Shown: in pieces, positions 48,272 to 58,051 of the stretch
Position numbering within the stretch: position 1 is the stretch's first letter
Layout: each line of letters opens with the position of its first letter
Source of the DNA: an uncultured Pelagibacteraceae bacterium
GTDB taxonomy: Bacteria > Pseudomonadota > Alphaproteobacteria > Pelagibacterales > Pelagibacteraceae
Length of the DNA: 64,000 nucleotides
Reading direction: 5' to 3'
Assembly (NCBI GenBank): GCA_902616025.1
Contig: CACMRE010000002.1
Location: 48-64,047, forward strand
Program-made: the position numbers and the translations under genes
The notes under the pieces: generated by a model
Seen by the model: the letters and a program-made list of their open reading frames with translations, nothing else
What the model was told of the DNA's origin: nothing
Database searches by the model: none

Positions 48272-48775
48272 TTAATTTATATCAACTTTAGCAATCATTC
48301 CAACTTGATAATGACCAGGAACATTGCAAGCTACTTCAATGTTAACTGCGTTATCAAATTTCCAGATGATTTCTCCCTTTTGTTTTGGTTCAAGCAAAAC
48401 ACTATTGCTATGTGAATGGGCCATAGCTTTATCCATTTTTGCCATTTTTTTCATTTTTTCTTTATCAATGGAATCAGCTAATAGAATTTCATTTTCAACC
48501 ATTTTTATCATTTCTGGTTGATGTTTCATGTGCATCATCTTATTTGCAATATTAAATTCATGGACAAGCATACCAGCATTTTCCACTTCAAATTTAATTG
48601 TTTCACCAGCTTTAATTTGAAATGAACTTGGTTCATAATAGTTGTCATACATCACAACTTTAACTACACGTGAGATTTCACTTTCTTTACCTTTAGAGCC
48701 TATTTTCATATTTTTATCAGCATAGGCAAATGTATAAGTAAATATAAAGATAACTAAAAATTTAAATATTTTCAT
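48272..48775 (-). CDS. Periplasmic cupredoxin with His/Met-rich insert (CopI-like)
   Basis: Signal peptide; HEF...ACNVPGHYQVGM type-1 Cu site. Confidence 0.88.
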   Translation of the reverse strand: MKIFKFLVIFIFTYTFAYADKNMKIGSKGKESEISRVVKVVMYDNYYEPSSFQIKAGETIKFEVENAGMLVHEFNIANKMMHMKHQPEMIKMVENEILLADSIDKEKMKKMAKMDKAMAHSHSNSVLLEPKQKGEIIWKFDNAVNIEVACNVPGHYQVGMIAKVDIN

Positions 48776-48848
48776 AATGTGTGTAGAAGTAATCCTTGGT
48801 ATTATTTTTACAATGGGTCAATTTGTACTTATGTGTTATTATAATTAA

Positions 48849-49529
48849 ATGATTTTCAAACAATTATTCGACAAAAATTCTTCTACATATACCTATTTAG
48901 TTTCATCTGGAAAAGGAAGAGAGGCGTTAATTATTGATCCTGTGTTAGAAAATGTTGGCGAATACATAAATTTACTAAAGGAGTTAGATTTAAAATTAGT
49001 AAAAGTAATTGATACCCACATACATGCAGATCATGTAACAGGGGCATCTAAGCTTAAAGATATTACTAAATGTTCTACTATTATGGGCGCCCATACTCCT
49101 GCAGATGCTGTTGAAATAAAAGTTAAAGATGATGAATATATTAGTCTAGATAATCTTAAAATTAGAGCGATGTATACTCCTGGACATACTTCAGATAGTT
49201 ATAGCTTTTTAATGGATAATTATCTTTTTTCAGGTGACACACTACTAATTAACGGAACTGGTCGAACAGACTTTCAAAATGGTAGTTCGAAAGATGCTTA
49301 TAATTCAATTTTTAATAAACTTTTAAAATTACCTGAGGAAACTCTTTTGTACCCTGCTCATGATTATAAAGGTGAAAAAGTAAGCACGATTGGTAAAGAA
49401 AAAAAACAAAACCCAAGATTACAAGTAAGTAGTGTTGATGAATATATTGAGATCATGAACAATCTTAATTTAAAAAAACCTGCTCAGATTGATTTCAATG
49501 TATCTAAAAATATTAATTTAGGTGTTTAA
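48849..49529 (+). CDS. MBL-fold persulfide dioxygenase (ETHE1-like)
   Basis: SSTYTYL, THIHADH, TPGHT, GRTDFQ, PAHDY and NPRL motifs. Confidence 0.88.
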   Translation: MIFKQLFDKNSSTYTYLVSSGKGREALIIDPVLENVGEYINLLKELDLKLVKVIDTHIHADHVTGASKLKDITKCSTIMGAHTPADAVEIKVKDDEYISLDNLKIRAMYTPGHTSDSYSFLMDNYLFSGDTLLINGTGRTDFQNGSSKDAYNSIFNKLLKLPEETLLYPAHDYKGEKVSTIGKEKKQNPRLQVSSVDEYIEIMNNLNLKKPAQIDFNVSKNINLGV

Positions 49530-49530
49530 A

Positions 49531-49899
49531 TTAAATCGAGGACTCTAAAGCTTTATAGATTAGTTCTTTAGTAGTCTCTCCAAGACTTCGATAAACTTCT
49601 TTATTATCTTTAAAAATTAAAAGTGTAGTTTGATATCGTACATTAAAAAAATTAGCAATTTCTTTGTTGGTGACATCAAATGCAAAATATTCAATATTTT
49701 TAAAATCATTTTTTGCTTTTTGCAAAACTTTCATTTGACTAGCACAGGACATACAATACTTAATCCAAGAGCTCACTACTACAACCTTACCCTCAGATTG
49801 TGCCTTATCAAATAATTCTTTTTTAAAAGTTGTTTCTTTTTCCATCGCATTGACATTGAATGCAAATAAAAGAAAACAGAAAGTTAAAATTTTTTTCAT
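49531..49899 (-). CDS. Exported thioredoxin-family protein
   Basis: Signal peptide; CMSC (CxxC) motif. Confidence 0.8.
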   Translation of the reverse strand: MKKILTFCFLLFAFNVNAMEKETTFKKELFDKAQSEGKVVVVSSWIKYCMSCASQMKVLQKAKNDFKNIEYFAFDVTNKEIANFFNVRYQTTLLIFKDNKEVYRSLGETTKELIYKALESSI

Positions 49900-49905
49900 G
49901 ATTGA

Positions 49906-50220
49906 TTATACAACAAATATTAAAAACCAATAAGAAGCTAAACCTGAAAATATTGTCGCAATTATACTCCTTGAGAAAATACCAATAACCATTGCAATTA
50001 TTGCTGCTAATATCTTTGGATTATTATCTATTTCAAACAAGCCTTTGTCATTAATAAAAATTGCTGGAAAAATTATCGCAGGAAATATTGCAGATGGCAC
50101 AAATGACAATATCTCTCTAATTCTATCATTGAACATTTCCTTTTTAATTAAAGCTATCATGGAAAATCTTGTTAGATAAGTAATCAATCCACAATATAAA
50201 ATTAATGCCCAGTTACTCAT
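49906..50220 (-). CDS. azlD: AzlD-family membrane protein
   Basis: TYLTRF and FVPSAIF motifs; follows azlC. Confidence 0.8.
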   Translation of the reverse strand: MSNWALILYCGLITYLTRFSMIALIKKEMFNDRIREILSFVPSAIFPAIIFPAIFINDKGLFEIDNNPKILAAIIAMVIGIFSRSIIATIFSGLASYWFLIFVV

Positions 50221-50909
50221 ACTTTTTTGTTTTTCATTGTTAATATCATTGCTGTAAATAGTCCTGCAAAAGCAGCAACTATGACGTAGGCTTTAAAAGG
50301 AATATAGTTATATCCAAATGTAGCAACCAATCCTGAAATAATTATTACAATCACATTTATAAATTTTCTAAAGTCATTAACTAATAAAGCTAAGAAAGTT
50401 AAAGGAACTGCAAAACTTAGTCCGAGTTTTTCTGGAATAGCTGCTCCAAGTATAATTCCTAAAAATGTTGTTGATTGCCATATCACCCAACAAGTAGCTC
50501 CCCCACCTACTAAATGAAAATATCTATTATTATCTTTATTCTTTTTTAAATATTCATTTGATATTGCAAATGCTTGATCGATTAAAAAGTATGAAATAAT
50601 AATTTTCCAAATTAATTTTAAATCTGATAGATGTTCGGATACGACTGCACCATAAAGTAAATGTCTTGAATTAACAGCTCCAACAGAACTTATTATTACT
50701 AAAGATGAAGCTCCTCCTGAAAATAATTGCAATAATACTATTTGCGAAGCACCACCAAAAATTATTAAAGACATTGCCATTGTTTCAATCGGAGTAAATC
50801 CAATATCAATAGCCAATACGCCGAATATTAAACCAAATGGGACCACTGGTATCATAAGTGGGCTTACATCAATAATTCCCTTTAAAAAAACTTTAAAGTT
50901 ACTTTTCAT
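50217..50909 (-). CDS. azlC: AzlC-family branched-chain amino acid permease
   Basis: PFGLIFG, GASQ, VNSRHLLYG and DQAFA motifs. Confidence 0.88.
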   Translation of the reverse strand: MKSNFKVFLKGIIDVSPLMIPVVPFGLIFGVLAIDIGFTPIETMAMSLIIFGGASQIVLLQLFSGGASSLVIISSVGAVNSRHLLYGAVVSEHLSDLKLIWKIIISYFLIDQAFAISNEYLKKNKDNNRYFHLVGGGATCWVIWQSTTFLGIILGAAIPEKLGLSFAVPLTFLALLVNDFRKFINVIVIIISGLVATFGYNYIPFKAYVIVAAFAGLFTAMILTMKNKKV

Positions 50910-50926
50910 TTTCTAAAAGGTTTTTA

Positions 50927-51988
50927 TTAGAAGCAAACTATATGATCAATATGAATTGGTCTTTTGATACCAAATTTCTCATCCACTTCATGTTGATGTA
51001 TATGGTGTGAGTGAACAAATACTGGAATTAAAGTATTGCTTGGAGCTCTAAGAGTATAAATAAAATTAGTGCCTCTAAATTTTCGATCAACTACCTCAAG
51101 TTTTAAATTACTTGTATCATCATGCTCTAAATCTTCTGGCTGAAGTAATAATTGCACATTGGCACCTTCTGGATACTCTTTTATAAAATTCCCCTCAATA
51201 GTGCCTAAATCCCAGTTTTCTAAAGTATTTTTTCCAGTCACTTTTGCTGGAACTAAAATTCCTCTATTTAAAAAATTTACGACTTCAATAGAATTTGGCA
51301 AATGATAAACCTTGTAAGGATCATCAAATTGTTTCAGTTCTTGATTTAAAATTATTCCGCATTTTGATCCTAAATAAAATGCCTCATAAGAGTCATGTGT
51401 AACAATGATTGTTGTGATCTTTAATTTATTTAAAATTTTTTTTAATCTTACTTGGATTTCTTCTTTAAAACTTTGATCTACATTTGATAATGGCTCATCA
51501 AGTAACAACAAGTCTGGTTGCATTATTAACGATCTTGCTAATGAGGCTCTTTGAGCTTCACCGGCACTTATTTCATGCGGGTATTTATTAAGAATGTGAA
51601 ATATGTCTAATAAATCTACTATTTCCTTTAAACTAATTTTTTTCTCTTTTTTTTCCTTATTTCTTTCAGAACCAAGCGAAATATTTTTTTCAATAGTGTA
51701 ATGTGGGAATAGACTGTTATCTTGAAAAGCAAGTGAAACATTTCTATCTTCTGGCTCTAAGTTAATATTTTCAGAAGATAAAGTTTTTCCATTTAATATG
51801 ATTGATCCCTTTTTTAATTTTTCAAGGCCCGCAATCGTTCTCAAGATTGTAGTTTTCCCTATTCCTGAAGGACCTAAAAGACATATTACGTCACCTTGAT
51901 TTTCAATTGCAAAAGAAACATTTTTAACTTTAGTTTTATTACCTACATTAAAATCAACGTTGTTAACTTCAAAAAAATTTTTAGTCAT
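50927..51988 (-). CDS. fbpC: Fe3+ ABC ATP-binding protein
   Basis: GPSGIGKT, FQD..LFPH and LLLDEP motifs; His-rich C-terminus. Confidence 0.88.
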   Translation of the reverse strand: MTKNFFEVNNVDFNVGNKTKVKNVSFAIENQGDVICLLGPSGIGKTTILRTIAGLEKLKKGSIILNGKTLSSENINLEPEDRNVSLAFQDNSLFPHYTIEKNISLGSERNKEKKEKKISLKEIVDLLDIFHILNKYPHEISAGEAQRASLARSLIMQPDLLLLDEPLSNVDQSFKEEIQVRLKKILNKLKITTIIVTHDSYEAFYLGSKCGIILNQELKQFDDPYKVYHLPNSIEVVNFLNRGILVPAKVTGKNTLENWDLGTIEGNFIKEYPEGANVQLLLQPEDLEHDDTSNLKLEVVDRKFRGTNFIYTLRAPSNTLIPVFVHSHHIHQHEVDEKFGIKRPIHIDHIVCF

Positions 51989-53600
51989 TATTATCTCTTA
52001 AAATATATTTAGATGTAACAATTATGAAGAAAGTTGCAATCAAAATCAAAAATAATGAAGGTACCGCAGCAGCCTCAAGTAAATCCTCTGATGCAGAGAT
52101 ATAAGCTGTTGTTGCAAAAGTTTCAAAATTAAAGGGTCTTAAAATGAGAGTAATTGGTAGTTCTCTTATTATTTCTAAAGAGACTAGTATTCCAACAAAC
52201 AACAAAGAATTTCTCAAAAAAGGAATATGAATATTCATAAAAGTTTTTCTTTTAGAGTAACCAAGTAAATATGAGCTTTCATCGACTGAAATATTAATTT
52301 TTTCATAGCCTGATTTTATTCCGTTATAAGCAAGAGAATAAAATCTTATAAAATATACAAGCACTAATCCAAGGATTGATCCTATAAAAACTTTTTTGAT
52401 AGAAACAAAACCCAAATTTTTAATCACACTATCATCAAACCATGCAATAAAGGTTATGAATGCGACAGCTAAAATAACTCCAGGAATTGCATAACCTGAA
52501 ATAGATAATGTGGATAAAATATTTAACGTTTTATTTTTATTTACTCTGTTTCCATAATTGGAAACTAAACCAAATATTATCAACAGCAGACTTGATAAAA
52601 TTACTAGATAAAGAGTATTCATTAATAAATCTAAGATTTTTAAATCAAACAAGTTTTCTGGAAATTTAATTGTCCAATACATCATCTGACTAAGCGGAAA
52701 TAAAAAGCTTAAAAAGAATACTAAAAAACAAAAAGAAAAAGCTAAAAAAGCTTTTTTACCTGAAAGTTGTATTTTTTGTTTTTGTTTAAACCCTGCCTTG
52801 GTATTGAAGTGATATTTGGCATTTTTTCTCGATAAATTTTCTAAGATAAAAAGTGCAAAAATAAATAACAATAAAAAGAAAGATAATTGATTTGCAAATG
52901 CTAAATCGTCAAACGCAATCCATGAATTATAGATACCTGTAGTTAACGTATTTATTGAGAAGAAATCTACTGCACCAAATTCAGCTAGTGTTTCCATAGC
53001 CACTAGCGATAAACCAGCAACTATAGCAGGCCGTGCTGCTGGGAGAATGATTGAATAAAATGCCTTAAACTTTGTAAACCCTAGGTTTTTTCCCAAATCA
53101 ATTATGTTTTGTGATTGATATAAAAAAGACGCTCTCGCTAAAATATACACATAAGCATAAAGTGAAAAAGAAATTGATAATACTACACCTAATAAACCAT
53201 CAAACTTAGGAATGCTTTGGTTGTAATTACCCTCACCAAATAAATTTTTTAAAATAGTATAGGCAGTTCCATAATTTTCAAAAAAAGCTGTTAATGAATA
53301 CGCATAGATATAAGGGGGTACAGCAAAAGATAGAATTAGTGCCCATTTAAAAAAATTACTAAACGGAAAATTAAAAAATGAAACTAAGTAAGCTGATCCT
53401 GTCCCTATAATAAAAGTTAAAATTAAAACACTCACCAATAAGATTAGGGAATTGAAAATATACTCCAATAAAAAAGTATCTTTTAATACTTGATAGTAAT
53501 TGGAGGTATTATCAAAAAAACTAGAAAAGACAGTTAAAATTGGAATGATTACAAATAATGAAATTACAAAAGAAGATATATGCCAAAAATTTATTCTCAT
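51981..53600 (-). CDS. fbpB: Fe3+ ABC permease (duplicated)
   Basis: PAARPAI, ETLAEFG and ELPITLILRPFNFET motifs. Confidence 0.9.
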   Translation of the reverse strand: MRINFWHISSFVISLFVIIPILTVFSSFFDNTSNYYQVLKDTFLLEYIFNSLILLVSVLILTFIIGTGSAYLVSFFNFPFSNFFKWALILSFAVPPYIYAYSLTAFFENYGTAYTILKNLFGEGNYNQSIPKFDGLLGVVLSISFSLYAYVYILARASFLYQSQNIIDLGKNLGFTKFKAFYSIILPAARPAIVAGLSLVAMETLAEFGAVDFFSINTLTTGIYNSWIAFDDLAFANQLSFFLLLFIFALFILENLSRKNAKYHFNTKAGFKQKQKIQLSGKKAFLAFSFCFLVFFLSFLFPLSQMMYWTIKFPENLFDLKILDLLMNTLYLVILSSLLLIIFGLVSNYGNRVNKNKTLNILSTLSISGYAIPGVILAVAFITFIAWFDDSVIKNLGFVSIKKVFIGSILGLVLVYFIRFYSLAYNGIKSGYEKINISVDESSYLLGYSKRKTFMNIHIPFLRNSLLFVGILVSLEIIRELPITLILRPFNFETFATTAYISASEDLLEAAAVPSLFLILIATFFIIVTSKYILRDNND

Positions 53601-53635
53601 AATTTATAATCCGCCTTATAAACATGAAAGTATTA

Positions 53636-53682
53636 TGTTCAAGGCCTTAATAAAAAGACAACTTAACTAAGGCGCTTGAACA
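53636..53682 (-). terminator. Intercistronic stem-loop upstream of the permease gene
   Basis: Minus strand TGTTCAAG-C-GCCTTAGT...ATTAAGGC-CTTGAACA. Confidence 0.7.
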
Positions 53683-53691
53683 CCCAGAAAA

Positions 53692-53862
53692 TCAAAAATC
53701 AAATACTTTTAGGATATGCGGAACCTCCTCAGTTTTAATTTCTGAAAGCTTTCTGTTATTTACTCTTTTATTGATTTTTTCACACTCCAAACTGCATGGG
53801 GAACATGCTTTGGAAGATTTATTTAAATCAACTTCAGAAATAAATTTCTTTTGTTCTTCCAT
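53692..53862 (-). CDS. 56-aa Cys-motif (CxxCxxxC) small protein inside the iron operon (not in ORF track)
   Basis: MEEQKKFISEVDLNKSSKACSPCSLECEKINKRVNNRKLSEIKTEEVPHILKVFDF; ATG 3 nt after the SBP stop; fills the gap up to the hairpin. Confidence 0.65.
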   Translation of the reverse strand: MEEQKKFISEVDLNKSSKACSPCSLECEKINKRVNNRKLSEIKTEEVPHILKVFDF

Positions 53863-53865
53863 CGG

Positions 53866-54894
53866 TTACTTCCAACCAGCTGCTGTCATTACTTCAACTG
53901 CAGCAGCTTGATTTTTTCCATAAGAAGCTAATTTAGTTTTCATATCTTGTTTGAAATCTAATCCTAAATTATTGACTACTAATGGACTTGGTGAAACACC
54001 GTCAATCATTGGGAACTCAAAAGTATTGTTTGTAAAATGCTCTTGGGACTCTGGAGTTAATAAAAACTCTACAAGTTTAACAGCGTTAGCTTTGTTAGTT
54101 GCACCTTTTACTAAAGCCGCACAACTAACATTCATATGCGTTCCTCTATCATTTTGATTGGGAAAGAAAGCTTTAACTTTTTTCGCAGCTTCTTGTTGCT
54201 CTGCACCTTTTTTACCGGATAACATAAGAGCTAAGTAGTAAGTATTAGCTACCGCAATGTCAGCTTCACCTGCTGCGACTGCCATTATTTGTGCTCTATC
54301 ATTACCTGTAGGTGTTCTTGCCATGTTGGCAACAACTCCCTCAGCCCATGCTGCTGTTGCAGCTTTTCCATTATTTTTAATTAAAGACGCTACAAGAGAT
54401 TTATTATAAATATTGCTAGATTTTCTTATTACTAATCTACCTTTCCATTTTGGATCAGCTAAACCCTCATAAGTCATTCCCGATAATTCAGCACCAGTTA
54501 CTCTTTCTGGTGAGTAATAAATTATTCTTGCTCTTTTTGCGATTCCAACCCACTTGTTTGTTCTAAAGCTTTTTGGAACAGCATCTTTAATTGCTGCAGA
54601 TGTTAAACCACTTTGAAGAGTGCCTTTAGCATCCATTGCTCCACATCTTCCTGCATCTGCAGTGATGTATAAATCAGCAGAAGAGTCTGCACCTTCACTT
54701 ATGATTCTTTTTTCTAAAGCACCTGATTTTCCGTTTATCAAATTAACTTTAATCCCAGTCATATTTGTAAACTTAGAATAAAGCTCAGAGTCTGCTTTAT
54801 AATGTCTTGCATTGAAAACATTAACCTCGTCAGCAATTGCTAATGATGATGCAATTACAGAAAAGACCAACGTTATAATTGATATCTTCCTCAT
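53866..54894 (-). CDS. fbpA: Fe3+ ABC substrate-binding protein (FbpA/FutA/SfuC-type)
   Basis: ARHY, ADAG, NIYN, GNDRAQI and ANTYY motifs. Confidence 0.93.
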   Translation of the reverse strand: MRKISIITLVFSVIASSLAIADEVNVFNARHYKADSELYSKFTNMTGIKVNLINGKSGALEKRIISEGADSSADLYITADAGRCGAMDAKGTLQSGLTSAAIKDAVPKSFRTNKWVGIAKRARIIYYSPERVTGAELSGMTYEGLADPKWKGRLVIRKSSNIYNKSLVASLIKNNGKAATAAWAEGVVANMARTPTGNDRAQIMAVAAGEADIAVANTYYLALMLSGKKGAEQQEAAKKVKAFFPNQNDRGTHMNVSCAALVKGATNKANAVKLVEFLLTPESQEHFTNNTFEFPMIDGVSPSPLVVNNLGLDFKQDMKTKLASYGKNQAAAVEVMTAAGWK

Positions 54895-54930
54895 TTATTC
54901 TCCGTTATTCCTAGTTCTTCCGCATGATTT

Positions 54931-54970
54931 AATGAGAATGAGAACTATTCTCATTGAGAATGATTATCAA
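54931..54970. promoter_or_regulatory. Tandem Fur-type iron boxes
   Basis: AATGAGAA-CTA-TTCTCATT palindrome (54937-54955) overlapping TTGAGAATGATTATCAA (54954-54970), which resembles the 7-1-7 Fur box. Confidence 0.8.
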
Positions 54971-54988
54971 TCGCAATAGTGTCGCAGC

Positions 54989-55882
54989 CTATTGGGATTT
55001 CCAGTCACCTATTTTGCTAAATAAGAAATTTCTAAAAGCTGTTACTCTAGCTGTGTTTTTTAGAGATTGAGGATATACAAAGTGCGCTTCTGTGATTGGT
55101 CCCTCTGATTTTGGGAGAACTTTTATTATATTTCTTGAATTACTGACAAGATATTCTGGTAATGCAGCTAGACCAACACCAGCTTCTACTGCTAAAAGCA
55201 GTCCCATTACGCTATTAACCTTCATAATAGTCTTTCGCTTTTTACCATCATGCATTCCTAATTTAAGCGCCCAATCTGGATTATAAACTGGTGATGGAGC
55301 CCCTTTACCAAAAGATATAAATTTATGCTTATTTAAATCAGCTATAGTCTTAGGCATACCATGTTTCTCCAAGTACTTATTTGAACCATATATAAAGTAC
55401 TTAAGATCAATCAACTTTTTTTGGATATAATTTAGTTGTTTTGGTCTTCTCATAAAAATACCAATATCAGCTTGTCTAGTACTCAAATCTAGCTCTTTGT
55501 CCTCAAAAATAAGCTCTATTTCTACTTCAGGGTTTAGACGCATAAATTCTTCAATTCTTGGTGTTAACCAATGTGTACCGAAACTTCTAACTGTTGTGAT
55601 TGTTAATTTGCCAGTAGGTTTATTTTTTTGATCTCCTAGAGAGGTTTCAACTTCTTTTAATTTGCTAATAACCTCATGAGCAGTCTTAAACACATATTCT
55701 CCATTTTCTGTAAGTGTGAGCCCTCTTGCATGTCTTTCAAATAATTGAACTTTTAGATCCTGTTCTAAAGATTGAATTTGTCTACTAATTGCAGATTGAC
55801 TAAGGTTTAAATTAACAGTGGCATTAGTAAAACTTCCTGCCTCCGCTACTGCATGAAAAATCTTAAGTTTGTCCCAATCCAT
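54989..55882 (-). CDS. LysR-family transcriptional regulator
   Basis: MDWDKLKIFH..AEAGSFT...LSQSAISRQI. Confidence 0.94.
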   Translation of the reverse strand: MDWDKLKIFHAVAEAGSFTNATVNLNLSQSAISRQIQSLEQDLKVQLFERHARGLTLTENGEYVFKTAHEVISKLKEVETSLGDQKNKPTGKLTITTVRSFGTHWLTPRIEEFMRLNPEVEIELIFEDKELDLSTRQADIGIFMRRPKQLNYIQKKLIDLKYFIYGSNKYLEKHGMPKTIADLNKHKFISFGKGAPSPVYNPDWALKLGMHDGKKRKTIMKVNSVMGLLLAVEAGVGLAALPEYLVSNSRNIIKVLPKSEGPITEAHFVYPQSLKNTARVTAFRNFLFSKIGDWKSQ

Positions 55883-56883
55883 TATTTATTTAAATCAACC
55901 AAAACTCTCCCGGAAATTTCACCCTTTAATATTTTAGGATAAGTTTCAATTAACTCCTCTAAGCTAACTGTTTGAACTGATTTTTCTATTAAATTAAAAT
56001 CAATTAGTTTTGCTGCTTCACCCCAAATGAATTCTCTTCTTTTGATACTGCAATTAGCAGAGTCCATTCCCCAAAGTTTTATTCCCCGTAACATAAATGG
56101 AATAACATTAGTATTAAGCTCATTAGTACTAGCATTACCACAGACTGCAATAATTCCATTTGAATTCGTTTGAACAATCGCATTTGCTAAAATTTTTCCA
56201 CCGACTGTATCAACTACACCATCCCATAGTCCCTTATCTATAAGCTTAGGATCTTTATCAAATTCACTACGATTTATAACATTTTTAGCACCTAACGATT
56301 TAAGATAATCTGCTTTTGAGTCTTTGCCTGATACAGCTGTTACATTGTATCCCATTTTATTTAGTATCATAACCGCAATACTTCCAACTCCCCCTGATGC
56401 TCCAGTAACTAAAACATCATTTACTTTTGCACCAAGTAATATTTCTTCTCTTGCTTTAATTGCAAATGCAGCCATCAAAGAAGTAAAGCCTGCAGTTCCT
56501 AAAATCATTGCTTGTTTAGTAGTTAAGTCATCTGGTTTCTTAACTAAAAAATTACCATTGACTTTAGCCATTTGCGAGTAACCACCATAAAAGATTTCTC
56601 CAACTCTAAACCCAGTTAAAATTACTTGATCACCTGACTTAAACTTTGAATTTTCACTTTCAACAACAGCTCCTGAAAAATCAATTCCAGGGATGTGAGG
56701 AAATTCTTTTACTAATCTTCCGCCGTTTTTTAAAATCATTCCATCTTTAAAATTCAGATCTGAATAATCTACTTTGATGGTTACATCACCATGTTTTAAA
56801 AAACTTTTATCTACTGATTTTACTTCTCTTGTAAAGTTGTCACCTTCTTGATTTAAAACTAATGCTTTAAATTGATCTGACAC
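55882..56883 (-). CDS. acuI: YhdH/AcuI-family quinone oxidoreductase (acryloyl-CoA reductase-like)
   Basis: LNFKD, PGID, GTAGFT, VTGASGGVGS and PFMLRG motifs. Confidence 0.82.
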   Translation of the reverse strand: MSDQFKALVLNQEGDNFTREVKSVDKSFLKHGDVTIKVDYSDLNFKDGMILKNGGRLVKEFPHIPGIDFSGAVVESENSKFKSGDQVILTGFRVGEIFYGGYSQMAKVNGNFLVKKPDDLTTKQAMILGTAGFTSLMAAFAIKAREEILLGAKVNDVLVTGASGGVGSIAVMILNKMGYNVTAVSGKDSKADYLKSLGAKNVINRSEFDKDPKLIDKGLWDGVVDTVGGKILANAIVQTNSNGIIAVCGNASTNELNTNVIPFMLRGIKLWGMDSANCSIKRREFIWGEAAKLIDFNLIEKSVQTVSLEELIETYPKILKGEISGRVLVDLNK

Positions 56884-56885
56884 TT

Positions 56886-57500
56886 TTAATCTTTTGAATT
56901 GCTAATTAACCTTAAATATCTATTTTGATAACTTAGATCTTCTTTGAATTGACCTAAATAATAATTTGTAACTGTTGTTGCATGTTCTTTTTTAATTCCT
57001 CTCATCGTCATGCACTGATGAGTTGAGTCTATTGTCACTGCTACTCCTTTGGCATCCAATGCCCCCATTAGTGTATTCGCAATTTGCATAGTTAATCTTT
57101 CCTGAGTTTGCAGTCTTTTTGAGAAAACCTCAACAACTCTTGCCAATTTACTTAACCCAACAACTCTTTCATTGGGAATGTAAGCTACGTGCGCTTTACC
57201 TATAATAGGTGCCATGTGATGCTCACAATGACTTTGAACAGAAATATTCTTTTGAATAACCATGTCATCGTACCCATCAACATCACCAAAAGTTTTATCT
57301 AAAACTTGGATAGGATCTTCTTTGTAACCTTTGAAATACTCTTTGAATGCTTTAACCACTCTTTTTGGTGTTTCTAATAATCCTTCTCTACTTGGATCTT
57401 CACCCATCCAAGCTAAAATAGTTTTAAAAGCTTCTTCAGCTTCCTTATCAGAAATCTTTTTAGAATTTTGATTATTATCTATATCTTTAACTAATTTCAT
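56886..57500 (-). CDS. folE: GTP cyclohydrolase I
   Basis: REGLLETPKR, CEHH, GLSKLAR, QERLT and HQCMTMRG motifs. Confidence 0.96.
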   Translation of the reverse strand: MKLVKDIDNNQNSKKISDKEAEEAFKTILAWMGEDPSREGLLETPKRVVKAFKEYFKGYKEDPIQVLDKTFGDVDGYDDMVIQKNISVQSHCEHHMAPIIGKAHVAYIPNERVVGLSKLARVVEVFSKRLQTQERLTMQIANTLMGALDAKGVAVTIDSTHQCMTMRGIKKEHATTVTNYYLGQFKEDLSYQNRYLRLISNSKD

Positions 57501-57576
57501 GGTGGGTTTTATACCTATAAATGCGTATTTTTAAAATATTTAATATATCGAGATATGTGCTACATAATCACCGAAT

Positions 57577-58044
57577 ATGTTCAAAAAAAGAGAAAATGTG
57601 CTGGAAATTGAAGAGGGGAATCTACTTTCTCCTAAATTTGATAATGATGGATTAATCCCTGTTATTACAATGTGTTCTCAAACAAAAGAAATTTTAATGC
57701 ATGGTTATATGAATGTTGAAGCGTTAAAAAAAACTATCGAAACAAAAGAGGCTCATTATTACAGCAGATCAAGAAAAGCTATCTGGCATAAAGGTAAAAC
57801 AAGTGGTTTTGTTCAAAAAGTAACTGAAATTAAAATTGACGATGACCAAGATTCTGTTTGGTTAACTGTTGATATTGGTGATGGCGCTAGCTGTCATGTT
57901 GGTTATCGATCTTGTTTTTATAGATCTATTCCACTTGGACCAATTGAAAATGGTCGAGAAGTGCAGATGAAATTTACCGAAAAAGAAAAAAAATTTGACC
58001 CTGAAAAAGTTTATAAGGGCCAACCCAATCCAACAAAAATTTAA
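57577..58044 (+). CDS. hisI: Phosphoribosyl-AMP cyclohydrolase
   Basis: YSRSR..IWHKG.TSG, DDDQD and SCHVGYRSCF motifs. Confidence 0.94.
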   Translation: MFKKRENVLEIEEGNLLSPKFDNDGLIPVITMCSQTKEILMHGYMNVEALKKTIETKEAHYYSRSRKAIWHKGKTSGFVQKVTEIKIDDDQDSVWLTVDIGDGASCHVGYRSCFYRSIPLGPIENGREVQMKFTEKEKKFDPEKVYKGQPNPTKI

Positions 58045-58051
58045 TATCACT

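Noticed and set aside
48815-48825. GGGTCAATTTG, similar to the 23208/23240 repeat
   Set aside because: Only a partial single match; insufficient without a genome-wide motif test.
53636-53682. Iron-responsive-element-like hairpin (bulged C)
   Set aside because: No CAGUGN apical loop and the stem geometry differs; more simply an intercistronic stabiliser or terminator.
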